Below, in pieces: positions 26,011 to 38,963 of a stretch of 64,000 nt of DNA (positions are counted from its first letter, which is position 1; every line of letters starts with the position of its first letter). The stretch covers positions 15,996,001 through 16,060,000 of the forward strand of contig OX597838.1 of the NCBI GenBank assembly GCA_951406725.2, written 5' to 3'. The notes below the pieces were generated by a model. That model was not told the origin of the DNA. It was given only the letters and a program-made list of their open reading frames with translations, and did not search any database. The position numbers and the translations under genes were made by a program. The DNA is from Octopus vulgaris. Its lineage: Eukaryota.

Positions 26011-26400
26011 AGGCGGCGATCTGGCAGAGCAGTTAGCACGCTGGATGAAATACTTAAGCGGCCAGCTGGCAGAAACGTTAGCACGCTGGGCGAAATGCTT
26101 AGCGGTATTTCATCTGCCGCTACGTTCTGAGTTCAAATTCCGCCGAGGTCAACTTTGCCTTTCATCCTTTCGGGGTCGATTAAATAAGTACCAGTTACGT
26201 ACAGGGGTCGATGTAATCGACTTAATACCTATGTCTGTCCTTGTTTGTCCCTTCTATGTTTAGCCCCCTGTGGGTAATAAATAAATAAGTATTTCGCCCG
26301 TCGCTACGTTCTGAGTTCAAATTCCGCCGAGGTCGACTTTGCCTTTCATCCTCTCGGGGTCGATATAATCGACTTGTCCCCTCTCCCTTTGTGCTTATTA
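26011..26400 (+). mobile_element. SINE-A nested in SINE-A
   Basis: Old head (26011-26055), full young copy (about 26056-26287), then the old copy resumes at AGTATTTCG. Confidence 0.88.
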
Positions 26401-26519
26401 TCCTAGTTTTATGAAGTATATTTTGAAAGTCTAAGTTATATTTTTGCGAATAACCCTCTTCCCATACGAGAGAAACACGCAAGAATATGTTTTCCGGCCC
26501 CAAACTTGTTGCATTGACC

Positions 26520-26785
26520 GCAAATCCGGGTACTACCCTCGTAACACAGAGGAGAGAAAAATAAATAAATACAGGAGCCTGACCGGCCGCTCTCACTTTG
26601 TGCCGATCGCCGTTGAGCCCTCAGGTGTTCACGGATTCCGCACTGCTGTTTTCCTCCGCAAAACCGGGATATCGGTGACCCGTCTGAGAAATGAGCGCCG
26701 TGAGGTAGGGCGACTGCTGCAGCAAGTTTCGCTGGCCATTGTCCGCGACAGCACCATCGCAGTCATGACCGCGATACGCAGATGA
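26520..26785 (+). pseudogene. CRE-like non-LTR retrotransposon C-terminal (RLE) fragment
   Basis: EERKINKYRSLTGRSHFVPIAVEPSGVHG...LLQQVSLAIVRD resembles the CRE-type KxxKY...FxPxAVETxG...QRxSxAxxRGN. Confidence 0.78.
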
Positions 26786-26917
26786 ACATTCCATTTGTCC
26801 AGGTTTAGCCCCACTGCATGGCACCTTGGTTAAGTGTACTCTACTATAGCCTCGGTCCGACCGAAGCCCTGTGGGTGGATTTGGTAGAGGGAAACTGAAA
26901 GAAGCCCGTCGTGTATA

Positions 26918-26949
<32 letters not shown>

Positions 26950-27344
26950 TTGTTCTCCACCACTTTACTACCGGTGTTAGTGTCTGTACGTCCCCATAAC
27001 CCAGCAGTTGCCCAGTGCTCCCCACCCTCCATTTTCTGCTGCTTAATCCCATCGTTATTTCTTCTTTTTATGTTTCTTTGTTTCCTTGTAATTAAAGTGT
27101 GATAAATAAAGTTTATAGTATTCATTTTTACAAATTATACTAGAGAAATAATTTCTCCTCGAACGACACAACAAATCAGCAACTGATAACGGGAAAAGTT
27201 CCTCGTCAAGGCACCTGTCTGGACCATCGATCTTCATGGAAGATAACAGGTGCCCGTGAATGCAAGTCTCTCTTCTTCCGCTGCTGTTGTCCACCAAGGA
27301 ACAGGCAAGACCAGTACAAGATACACGTTTATTATATACATATA

Positions 27345-27750
27345 GGCGCAGGAGTGGCTGTGTGGAAAGTAGCTTGTTTACCAACCACATGGTTCCGGGT
27401 TCAGTCCCACTGCGTGGCACCTTGGGCAGGTGTCTTCTACTATAGCCTCGGGCCGACCAAAGCCTTGTGAGTGGATTTGGTAAACAGAAACTGAAAGAAG
27501 TCCGTCGTATATATGTATATATATATGCGTGTGTGTGTTTGTGTGTCTGTGTTTGTCCCCCTAGCATAGCTTGACAACCGATGCTGGTGTGTTTATGTCC
27601 CCGTTACTTAGCGGTTCGGCAAAAGAGACCGATAGAATAAGTACTGGGCTTACAAAAGAATAAGTCGCGGGGTTGAGTTGCTCGATTAAAGGCGGTGCTC
27701 CAGCATGGCCGCAGTCAAATGACTGAAACAAGTAAAAGAGTAAAAGAAAA
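27345..27750 (+). mobile_element. SINE family B, full length
   Basis: Complete head, CORE-like motif and tail. Confidence 0.93.
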
Positions 27751-27787
27751 AGAGTATATATGTTGTATATGTGCGCGCGTGTGTGTT

Positions 27788-27848
<61 letters not shown>

Positions 27849-27864
27849 CATACTTATATACCGC

Positions 27865-28230
27865 GGAGGCGTAATGGCCTAGCGGACTCGCGGTCGTAGG
27901 ATTGCGGTTTCGATTCCCAGACCGGGCGTTGGGGGTGTTTATTGAGCAAAAACACCCAAGCTTCACGAGGCAGCGGCAGGGGATGAAGGCGAACCTACTG
28001 CATTCTTTCGCCACAACATTGTCTCACTCTTTCTTCCTGTTTCTGCTGTACCTGTATTTTAAAGGGCCAGCCTTGTCACACTCTGTGTCACGCTGAATCT
28101 TCCCGAGAACTACGTTAATGGTACGTGTGTCTGTGGAGTGCTCAGGCCACTTGCACGTTAATTTCACGAACAGGCTATTCCGTTGATCGGATCAACTGGA
28201 ACCCTCGTCGTCGTGACCGACGGAGTGCCA
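27865..28230 (+). mobile_element. SINE family C, tail variant 1
   Basis: GGAGGCGTAATGGCCTAG...GACCGACGGAGTGCCA. Confidence 0.9.
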
Positions 28231-28599
28231 CGACGTATTTACCAAATAATAAGAAAATTCTTTAACACATCTTTAATGATTCTTAACGAATCATTAAAGA
28301 TGTGTTAAAGAATTTTCTCTTTGATTTGCCTACACACACACACGCACACACACACACGCACACACACACGCACACACACACACGCACACACACACGCACA
28401 CACACACACGCACACACACACGCACACACACGCACGTCCCTCTTTCTCTCTCTCTTTGTTTCCTTTGCCCCCTTTCTTTTCTCTCTCTTCATCACATGAC
28501 CACTGGTCAAAATCAGCCTTTTGGCCTCCGACCACTGCCGTGAGAACATCGTTGTCTTCGTCTGCCGATAAAGGCATTATTTCCAAATACGCCAGCTAA

Positions 28600-28924
28600 A
28601 CTTGTACTGTTTAATAGTCGTAAGACACCCGCTGTTTTTGTCCTGTTTTTACCATTATTGATTTTTGTATTTTATATTCGTGTGGCATCGTCCGTTTTTC
28701 TGTCGCTGTTTCGTATACATTCGACCCTTCTTCCAAGAAATCTAATGCTCGTAGCTTAGTTTTTCCTTGGGGCTGGCCGAATCGGAGCGATCTCAAGATT
28801 AATCAGCCGAAATTGCTAGGATGATCCGGTTCTTGACTGAAGATTGAAGGCTTCGAACCTTCCGTGTTTTTTGTATCGTCTTCTAAATGTTTTACGTTCT
28901 TGTCCCAGTCTGTATTTTTCTACA

Positions 28925-28970
<46 letters not shown>

Positions 28971-29137
28971 TATATACGACGGGCTTCTTTCAGTTTCCGT
29001 CTACCAAATCCACTCACAAGGCTTTGGTCGACCCGAAGCTAATAGTAGAAGACACTTGCCCAAGGTGCCACGCAGTGAGACTGAACCCAGAACTATGCGG
29101 TTCGTAAGCAAGCTTACTTACCACACAGCCACTCCTA
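28600..29137. mobile_element. Long F3 copy (+, to about 28925), (TA)n, then a SINE-B 5' half (-)
   Basis: F3 motif at 28802-28925. Reverse-complement B head at about 28970-29137. Confidence 0.75.
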
Positions 29138-29832
29138 AACGCATAAATCAGCTTTGAATAGACACTGAACGTGCGTGTCTCGGATAAATTTGTTTCTCTA
29201 CATTTCTGTTCGCACAGGTTTGATTACTACAGGCTCTATACAATATATCCATGGCTGTGGATATATTGTATGTAACCGACGGAGTGCCAAGCACGTGATT
29301 ATTTGTCACTAACCTCGCCATGAGTCAGAGGTGGCTGATGAGCACATTGCTTAACAATGGAGCCCATCCCATCTACATGAAACGAAAGAACCAACATTTC
29401 AGCTTGCAGCGATCACCCTAGTTACCCACATACCTACTTTTTGGAACTATATACGTTGTTGGAAATACACTACCAAAGAAATGTAATTATCAACCATCTC
29501 CAAAAACTCTTTTATGAACTACTCCCTCTGTTCATAAATCTGTCCACCCAGCTCACCCCCTTTTAAGTTTTTATTCCCCTGGTGATCTCGATCGAACCAA
29601 ATCCTAATCCCTTTAATCGAGCCTTTGGTACACCTACGCATGCAGTTCAACCAGATGCACCTCCCTTCCCAAGCCCCGAGTTCAAAGCCCACTACATTGT
29701 CCCTGCTAATATATGTTCTCTTTATGCGGCAGTACATCTCCTCTGTGGTACCGTCCACCCAAAATTTCCTATGTTTACGGCAACATATTAGTCAGATCGA
29801 ACGTGTATGGAAGGACGGTATATTTGCATCCC

Positions 29833-30305
29833 AAGGCGGTGAGCTGGCAGAAGCGTTAGTACGCCGGGCGAAATGCTTAGCCGTATTTAAGGCGGCGAGC
29901 TGGCAGAATCGTTAGCACGCCGGACGGAATGCTTAGCGGTATTTCGTCTGTCGTTACGTTCTGAGTTCAAATTCCGCCGAGGTCGACTTTGCCTTTCATC
30001 CTTTCGGGGTCGATAAATTAAGTACCAGTTATGCACTGGGGTCGATATAATCGACTTAATACCTATGTCTGTCCTTGTTTGTCCCCTCTGTGTTTAGCCC
30101 CTTGTGGGTAATAAAGAAATAGGTATTTCGTCTGCCGTTCCGTTCTGTGTTCACATTCAGCCGAGGTCAACTTTGCCTTTCATCCTTTCGGGGTCGATAA
30201 ATTACGCACCAGTTACGCACTGGCGTCGATATAATCGACTTAATCCGTCTGTCTGTCCTTGTTTGTCTCCAGTATGCTTAGCCCCTTGTGGGTAGTAAAG
30301 AAATA
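29833..30305 (+). mobile_element. SINE-A nested in SINE-A
   Basis: Outer TSD GGTA(T/C)ATTTGCATCCCA at 29817-29833 and 30306-30322. Inner full copy 29889-30121 is flanked by GTATTT. Confidence 0.93.
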
Positions 30306-30591
30306 GGTACATTTGCATCCCAGTCCGAATGGAATGCTCCTCAACACATCGAACTTCCGCAACAATTGACTTAAACATCAAGAGAGATTGAAATGAAAAT
30401 CCTTGATGGAACAAGAACGTAATTTGAAACAGCGCTGACAGAGGGTCATTCGATAACAATATTTTCACCCCACTTTTTTTTTTTTTTTGCTGTTATACTT
30501 ACACGCTAACATGACTCTTCAACACTGCAATTGCCTTAGTTTCGAACCATGATTTGGGCTCAAGTCCCTTGCTAAACAACTTCAGCTTCAA

Positions 30592-30651
<60 letters not shown>

Positions 30652-30711
30652 CATTTCTCTCTCTCTCTCCCTTTCTCTGTCTCCATTTCTCTCTCCCCTC
30701 TTTCTGCCCCC

Positions 30712-30742
<31 letters not shown>

Positions 30743-30789
30743 CACGTGCACACACACACACACATACTCACATAAAAGAGAATCAACGG

Positions 30790-31015
30790 TCCTCGCCTAC
30801 CCCATAAGCACACTAGGCTGGTTTCCCGGATTCTGCGGTGTGTATACCTTCCACCCACCCACCCACTGGACAGATGCTGGACCCGTTGCAGGACCACTAA
30901 TTTTTGCAAGCTAAGTAGACTGGAGTAACGTGAAATGAAGTGTTTTGCTCAAGAAAGCAACAATATCGAAACCACAATCATGCGATCAAGAAACTAACAC
31001 ACTTAGCCACGCACC
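30790..31015 (-). mobile_element. Decayed SINE with a D-type head/CORE and a variant-2 tail
   Basis: Minus strand TTGAGCAAAACACTTCATTTCACGTTACTCCAGTC followed by GCAACGGGTCCAGCATCTGTCCAG...CCGGGAAACC. Confidence 0.65.
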
Positions 31016-31034
31016 ACCACGATGTGTATATATA

Positions 31035-31071
<37 letters not shown>

Positions 31072-31124
31072 CGTGCGTATATGTGTGTGTGTATGCACAC
31101 ATACATGCACATACGTACATACAA

Positions 31125-31167
<43 letters not shown>

Positions 31168-31283
31168 TATATGTATGTGTGCATGTCTATCTATCTGTCT
31201 ATCTATCTATCTTTTTCTCTCTCTACATATGTATGCATGTATATATATATATATATAAATAATCATACATACACAGATGTGTA

Positions 31284-31316
<33 letters not shown>

Positions 31317-32110
31317 GTATATATATATATGTATATATATATACATATATACAAATATATATATATATGTGTGTATGTATGTATGTATTTATTTATGTAT
31401 GTATGTATGTATGTATGCATGCATATATGCATACCTACATACATGTCTGCGAATTCATTTTTATATTTTTCCTTGATTTACTATCGAAGTTAAGATATGA
31501 TGTAAGATGGTGAATGGGTGCGATTAAGAGCAAGCGAACGGCATATTTGGGTGACAGAGTTCAGAAGCGAAACGGTTGGGAATGTGAGTGGGCGAACCCG
31601 GATTAGGTGGTTTGGCGGGGATGAGAGGGTAGATTGGTGAGGATTAAGTTTACGCCTGCAGTCTCTTTCATTTACACAACATGTAGTTATCATATTCCTC
31701 GATGTGTGGTAGCGGTGGTAGTGTTAGCACTTGTTGGTTGGTGGTATTGAGTGTGTGTGTGTGCGTGCGTGTGTGCGTGTGCGTGTGTGCGTGTGTGTGT
31801 GTGTGTGTGTGGTTTGTTTCGTGCGTGTGTGTGTGTGTGTATGTGTGGTTTGTTTTGTGCGTGTGTGTTGTAGATGTAATGGAGTGCGAGGGTGAGTGAA
31901 GACTTTGAGTGTGTGTGTCAGAGTGCCTGAGTGAGATGTGAGCAATCTCATATTTTAACTACACACACACACACACGCATACACGCACACATACACACAC
32001 ACACATATATATATACATGCACACACATACATATATATATCCTCATACAAATATATACATTACATATGTATATATGTATATGCATGTATGTATGTATACA
32101 TGAATGTGTG

Positions 32111-32155
<45 letters not shown>

Positions 32156-32544
32156 TATATTTAATAGGAATATAATGTATATATTTATTTATATTCATCT
32201 ACAAAATAAGCCCAATGTTTATATGAATGCAATACGCACGCGTGCGCGCACGAAGCACTCACAAATAGTCAAAGAAGCTGGTACAAATGCAAGTTGGAAA
32301 TAAAAAGAGGAAAACCAGAAGTAAGGAACAACAATACAAGTTTGTTGTTTCACGATATATTTCGATATTTCGGAGTGAAAACCCCCTAATCCCGATAGAA
32401 TAGGGGATGGTGATTACGAAATTCAGAAATATAAGGTAAAAGTGCATGCGGTTGTTTTGTTTGCTTCGCTTCTGCTTCGACTCTTCTTGTTCCAAATTGC
32501 GTTGATTGTACGAGTTTTTAAAATATATATATTTATAATACAGA

Positions 32545-32837
32545 CGTCGGAGTGGCTGCGTGGAAAGAAGCTTGCTTCCCAAACTCGTAGGTGCCGGGTT
32601 CAGTCTAAGGCCGAAACTGAAAGAAGCCTGTCGTTTGTGACCGCATGTGTACCGTTGGTGATTTTTTTCTTCTGTCTGCCATTCTCTGGATCTTTCCTTC
32701 TCCTATGTTTCCGACGAAGAGCTCCGCTCGAAACGTTAAACCCTCCTTCTTTCCTTCTTTCCTGAGCGTCCAATAATACTATATTTGTTCCACGTCCTCG
32801 CGTTGTTGTGTTTTTTTGTGCTTTCATGTTTGGATTA

Positions 32838-32895
<58 letters not shown>

Positions 32896-32941
32896 TATAT
32901 ATGTATGTATGTATGTGTGTATGTATGTATGTGTGTGTGTA

Positions 32942-32974
<33 letters not shown>

Positions 32975-33170
32975 CTGAATTTGTCTTCCCGCCATCGCCT
33001 GACAACCGACGCTGGTGTGTTTACGTCCACGTTACTTAGCGGTTCGGCAAAAGAGACCGATAGAATCAGTACTTAGGCTTACAAAGACAAAGTCCCGAGG
33101 TCGATTTGTTCGACTAAAGGCGGTGATCAAGCATGGCCGCAATCACATGACTGAAACAAGTAAAAAAAAA
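32545..33170 (+). mobile_element. SINE-B interrupted by an F2 element (32636-32842) and microsatellites
   Basis: B head remnant, F2 with CCGACGAAGAGCTCCGCTCGAAACGTTAAAC, then the B tail. Confidence 0.8.
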
Positions 33171-33491
33171 AAGAAAAATAATTCTATGGATGTTTGACGA
33201 ATGCTTAAGTCATGTTTCAATGCTATCTTTTATCGTTTATCTTCCGCTTGTTTCAGTCATTTGACTGCGGCCATGCTGGGGCACCGCGTTGAAGAGTTTT
33301 TAGTCGAATGAATCGACCCACCACTTATGTTGTTTTTTAAGATTGATACTTATTCTATCGGTATTCTTTTGCTGAACTGCTAGGTTATGAGGACGTAAAC
33401 ACACTAACACCGGTTGTCAAGTGGTGGTGGTGGTGGATAAACACAGACTACAGAAGCACACAGATAGACATACATATATATACACACACGC

Positions 33492-33523
<32 letters not shown>

Positions 33524-33577
33524 ATCGTCTTCTAAGAGTTATGCGTTCTTGTCCCTGTTTGTATTTTTCTACATATC

Positions 33578-33626
<49 letters not shown>

Positions 33627-33980
33627 GAAAAATACAAACTGGGACAAGAACGTAAAACATTTAGAAGACGATACAAAAAACACGGACGGGACATTCGAAG
33701 CCTTCAATCTTCAGTCAAGAACCGGATCATCCTCGCAATTACAGCATATAAGGGTGGCTTGTCAGCAATTTTTCAGCAGAAGAGCAAAAATATATCCGTC
33801 ACTAGAGCGACTGAGGGCATTATTTCTAGAAATAAGAGTTGTTTGGGAATGTGAGTGGGCGAACCCGGATTAGGTAGTTTGGCGGAGAAGCTAGGGGGAG
33901 GTGGAGTTGCGTTGACTCTCGCTTCTAGCAATACTGGTGCTCTCTCTCTCTCTCTCACTCTCCATATGTATGTATTTATG

Positions 33981-34045
<65 letters not shown>

Positions 34046-34391
34046 CGGGCTTCTTCCAGTTTCCGCCTATCAAATAACTTCAAATGGCTTTCGTTGGCCC
34101 GAAGTCATAATAGAAGACACTTGCCCAAGGTCCCACTCGGAACCATGTCGTTGGGAAGGAAGCAGGCTTCTTACCACATAATTTGAATAACGCATGTCAT
34201 GTAAACAAACTTTTAAATATGATGTTCGTGGTTCAAATCCACAACTACGCAGTTTCGTTTCGCGTTTTTTTTTTCTTTTCCTTCATAGATGCCAGGGAAC
34301 AACAGATACATGTGTATAGAAACATAAATTTGTAACTACACGCACACTTGCGCACACAGAGGCCTGCGAACACGGGCTGGTATACACACAC

Positions 34392-34439
<48 letters not shown>

Positions 34440-34478
34440 GTGCGTGTGTGTATGTGCGTGTGCGCGCATGCGTGTGCA

Positions 34479-34536
<58 letters not shown>

Positions 34537-34564
34537 TACTTGGAAATGGATGCGTGGCGTTCAA

Positions 34565-35025
34565 TTAAATAATAATAATAATATATCGGGAAGGAAAGTT
34601 TCTATCGAAGATGCGTATCGCCTTCACCTTCGAAACGCAGAGTAGATGAAACCATGGCGACTGAAGAAGGGGAATTTTCCTTGTGTTATTTGTCCTGTAC
34701 TCTAATTTTTTGTTGTTTAAGAAAAATGTCCAGTTCTTTGGTTTTGTGTTTATATTTTCGTTTCTCATTGTGTTCGACGTTTTTTTGGTGTCCTGTACCC
34801 ATATATGCGTGTATATATACATGTAGAGGTAGGTACGTACATATATGTATGTATATATGCATATGTTTTATTTATTAATTTATATATATATATATGCATA
34901 TATGGGTAGAGGACGTTACCAACTCTGCACACGACATGAAATACGTAAAAACAGGACAAGTAAACACAGAGAAGAGACCCTTCATCAGTTGTCGGCTGTT
35001 TATCTAATTCTCATTTCGAGCAAGG
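34565..35025. mobile_element. Two F1-type elements in tail-to-tail orientation around (TA)n
   Basis: Plus strand CGAAACGCAGAGTAGATG...CTGAAGAAGGGG...GTCCTGTACCCATATATGC. Minus strand GCTCGAAATGAG...CTGATGAAGGG...GTCCTCTACCCATATATGC. Confidence 0.65.
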
Positions 35026-35057
35026 AGTATAAACTCTGTTGGACTTTTGGACTTTTG

Positions 35058-35680
35058 GGTAGCGGACTCGCGGTCGTAGGATCGTGGTTTCGATTCACAG
35101 ACTGGTCATTGTGTGTGTTTATTGAGCGAAAACACCTAAAGCTCCACGAGGCTCCGGCAGGGGGTGGTAGTGAACCCCGCTGTACTCTTTCATCACATCT
35201 TTCTCTCACTCTTTCTTTCTTTTTCATTTGTACCTGCATTTCAAAGGGCCAGCCATGTCACACTCTGTGTCACGTTGAATCTCCCCGAGAACTACGTTAA
35301 GGGTACACATGTCTGTGGAGTGCTCAGGCCACTTGCACGTTAATAAATGAGCTGCGACGTCACTGGTGCCAAGCTGTATCGGCCTTTGCCTTTCCCTTGG
35401 ATAACATCAGAGGGCATGAAGAGGGGAGGCCAGTATGCATGGACGACTGCTGGTCTTCCATAAACAACCTTGCCCAGACTTGTGCCTGGGAGGGTAACTT
35501 TCTAGGTGCAATTCCATGGTCTTTCATGACCGAAGGGGGTCACAACTCATTTTTGCCAGCTGTGTGGACTGGAACAATGTGAAATAAAGTATCTTGCTGA
35601 AGGACGCGAGGTGACGCTGTTTTTGAACTCATAACCTTACGATTGTGAATCGAATACTGTAACCATCAAGCCACGCGCCT
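35058..35680. mobile_element. SINE-C body fused to a D-type tail (+, to 35540), followed by an antisense D-type head
   Basis: Junction GCCACTTGCACGTTAAT|AAATGAGCTGCGACGTCACTGGTGCC...GACCGAAGGGGGTC. Confidence 0.8.
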
Positions 35681-36095
35681 TGAGAGGTAGATTCTGGCTG
35701 CTACTTTCGCTGGTCGAACTACTATACAGAAGGTTTCCTCATCGGGTCCGTAAGATTGAGAGGTAGTTTAGTATCGAGTCCTGGATGAATAATTGTAGAA
35801 AATAACAAACAAAAAACAAAAAAAAACAATAAGAACAAAATTAAAACTACGAAATGTTGCATCAGTTAAGAATTGAACGCAGGCAGTTTCGCCGGAAGGA
35901 TACGAGCCGTTTACCACTGAGCCACCGCGAGAAATATGACTAGAAAAAGGGCGGTAAGTGCTGTGACGACTTGATACTCTGTGAATGGGTAAATGATCTG
36001 AGATAAATTAGCAACATGACACACATTTGTGACGTCAAGTGTCCAATAGTCAGTATTTCCTAATTCGGTGTCAACAGCCACGAAGGAATTAGGCT

Positions 36096-36206
36096 ATGTA
36101 TGTATGTATGTATGTATGTATGTATGTATGTATGTATGTATGTATGTGTGTATGTGTGTATGTATATATGTATGTATGTATGTGTGTATGTATATATGTA
36201 TGTATG

Positions 36207-36240
<34 letters not shown>

Positions 36241-36448
36241 TGTATGTATGTATGTATGCATACATGTATGTATGTATTGTATGTATGTATGTATGTGTGC
36301 ATGTGTGTGCGTGTGCATGTGTGTATGTTTGTATGTATGTATGTATGTATGTGTGCATGTGTGTGCGTGTGCATGCGTGTATGTTTGCATGTATGTATAC
36401 ATATATACCTGTATGTATTGTGTGTACTTATGTATGTTGGCTATATAC

Positions 36449-36489
<41 letters not shown>

Positions 36490-36570
36490 TGCTTGTGTAT
36501 GTATGTATGTATGTATGTATGTATGTATGTATGTATGTATGCATGTATGTGTTTGTACGTATGTATGTAT
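36096..36570. repeat. (TATG)n compound microsatellite
   Basis: Read directly from the sequence. Confidence 0.96.
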
Positions 36571-36873
36571 ATCTGTGTGAAAGTGTTTATGATGCCATAC
36601 AAGTATTTATGTCAACAGCTACACTGAAACTAGGCTAACTTAAGTGTGTTCGTATGTGTGTATGTGCTAAGAATATACATACACACACACACATATATAT
36701 ATACATATCATGTATATATATATATGCTTATTATATATATATATATATAAGCATATATATATGTATATGTATGTATATTGTTTATGGATACATATCTACG
36801 CGTCTCCCCAATGTGCTTATGTGTCAACAACTAATGAGAAAGAAAAGCTTACCTAAGTGTTGTAAGTATGTGC

Positions 36874-36956
<83 letters not shown>

Positions 36957-37463
36957 ATTCATTTTCTCGGTTGTTCATTTTTTTCTCAACCGATCAATGA
37001 ACCGATTGAGTAAACCTGTCGATAACGAACCTACAATGGTTACTGGAAACAGCTGTAAGGCAAATATGCTACAATAAAGAAAACTATGTTATGACCATTA
37101 TCTACACCTCGTCTTGTATATCACAAAACCAGTATGAGTGGAACACAACCATGAATTTACAATATAGAATGTGATGAACCATAACCTCGGACCCTGCCAC
37201 GAGAACACACAGAGTTCCTTACTAATCTAAATAAAATTGTTAGCTTGGTGTACTAACAGAGAACTGATAAAGTATTTTGCCCAGATTGATAATCCTTCAC
37301 TAGTAACTCCTTTTATATATATAGATATATATATAGATTTTGTCTGAGATTGGACAAATGTGTCTGTTAATTGCAGGATATAATTTTTTATTGTTCAGTT
37401 TCTTCAATTCAAATTGTTTTGATGCATCATCACACATTTTACGCTACTCACATCGATCTAGGC

Positions 37464-37980
37464 CTGGGGTCGGCGATCAGGGTAAAAATGAAATTCTTGG
37501 AGTAATGAAGACTCATTAAACATAAATAAAATTATATAAAAAAAACATGTTCCTAGTTACGATAGAAATGTTTCGTCTGTCATGTGGAGGCAGTCAAAAA
37601 GTTACTGCCTTTTGCAACAACTGACCTTTAAGAACGAGGATTTTCCACTCTACTGAGCATAAAAGCAAAGCAGAGTAATCGATTGGACCCTGAAGACTGT
37701 ATCCAAATTGCTCTGGCATCAAAATGCTCCAATTTCGATGTAATTGTAACAAAAAGGAAACATCATTTCTCCAAAACCTGAAGTGAAAAGTCTTCTAGAA
37801 AAATCTTTTTCTTTCATAATTTATTTTGTCGCATTTGTTTTATACTTTTTATATTTATAATTGTGTTTTCCATATAAATAGATTCAATCTATGATTTTCT
37901 TCCTTTCAAATCAAGGGGTTAACGTTGGCATAAATAAATATATTTTGAGGTAATTGGTTAAAAAGGTTCCCCGACCCCTG
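37464..37980 (+). mobile_element. Internally deleted hAT (Buster/Charlie) transposon
   Basis: TIRs C(T)GGGGTCGGCGA / TCCCCGACCCCTG. Imperfect 8-bp TSD ATCTAGGC / ACCTAGAC with central TA. 37602-37772 encodes LLPFATTDL*ERGFSTLLSIKAKQSNRLD. Confidence 0.88.
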
Positions 37981-38029
37981 ACCTAGACAATAACTTTCCT
38001 ATGATGTTAAATTAAGCTGTTGTGATTTT

Positions 38030-38700
38030 AGTGATTATTTCATCTTATCCTTATACCTTAGCAGGGGTTCTTCCTTTATTGCCGAATCCCTCTACTTGTT
38101 GACTATACAAAAGAATTTTCGGAATGCGTTCATCATACATTTGAACATGTCCAGCCCATCTGCTCTGAATTCTCAACAGCATGCTTTCCTTACTGGAGGT
38201 ATCACATTTTTCAAAAAATTTGACATTTCATGTCTTATCTTGCCATTTTATGTTGCAAATATTGCGCAGACAGCACATGTGAAAGTTTTCAAGTTTTTTT
38301 CTTTATATGTCTGTAGTAGGGAGTCCGTGTTTCTGCCCCGTACAAAAGTGTGCTCAAAATGCAAGATTTGTAAATACTCATTTTAGTTTTCAAACTGATA
38401 CTGTGTTCATCCCACAAACGATGAGAAAGTTTTCCAAAAAACACTTGTAGCCTTCAATATTCTAGTACTGACTTCGTCATCAAGAGTACTCTTAAAGTTT
38501 TCCGCTCTTCCATGATATTTCAATGATCTGACGCATTTGAGTGATTTATATTGTCATCATCATATTTGAATCTTGAGTATGTTCCATCCCAGGTTTTGAT
38601 TGGAATAAAACTTCAGTTTTCTTAATGCTGAAAGTGAGCCCAAATGCGCGAACTGCCGCAGCAAACTTGCCAACTGTTTTCTGAATTCTTTCAAATATAT
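38030..38700 (-). pseudogene. RTE-clade LINE, RT C-terminal region
   Basis: STLDDEVSTRILKA...LENFHMCCLRNICNIKWQDK...SRWAGHVQMYDERIPKILLY. Confidence 0.88.
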
Positions 38701-38963
38701 TAGAAATCAAAACGCAATAATAATCCGTAACCCTGGATAGGGGCCCATACCGCGTACTGTCAGCCGGAGCCAGTAGAGCCCGGAACTCGTGTCAGGCAGG
38801 GTCGTCACTCCCTGAAGTAGTGAAGAAAATCGCTACCCACTACCTACTTTCGAGATATAAGCAAATAAGAAATAACACTTACTAACCAAAGACAAAGAAG
38901 AAATAAAAAAGTGTTACATAGTGTAATCAAAGAAAAAAAAGTTAGATTTATTCAGTAATAAAT

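Noticed and set aside
29340-29800. Possible I/Nimb LINE endonuclease or post-RT fragment
   Set aside because: Only vague motifs (LLNNG...), too decayed to support.
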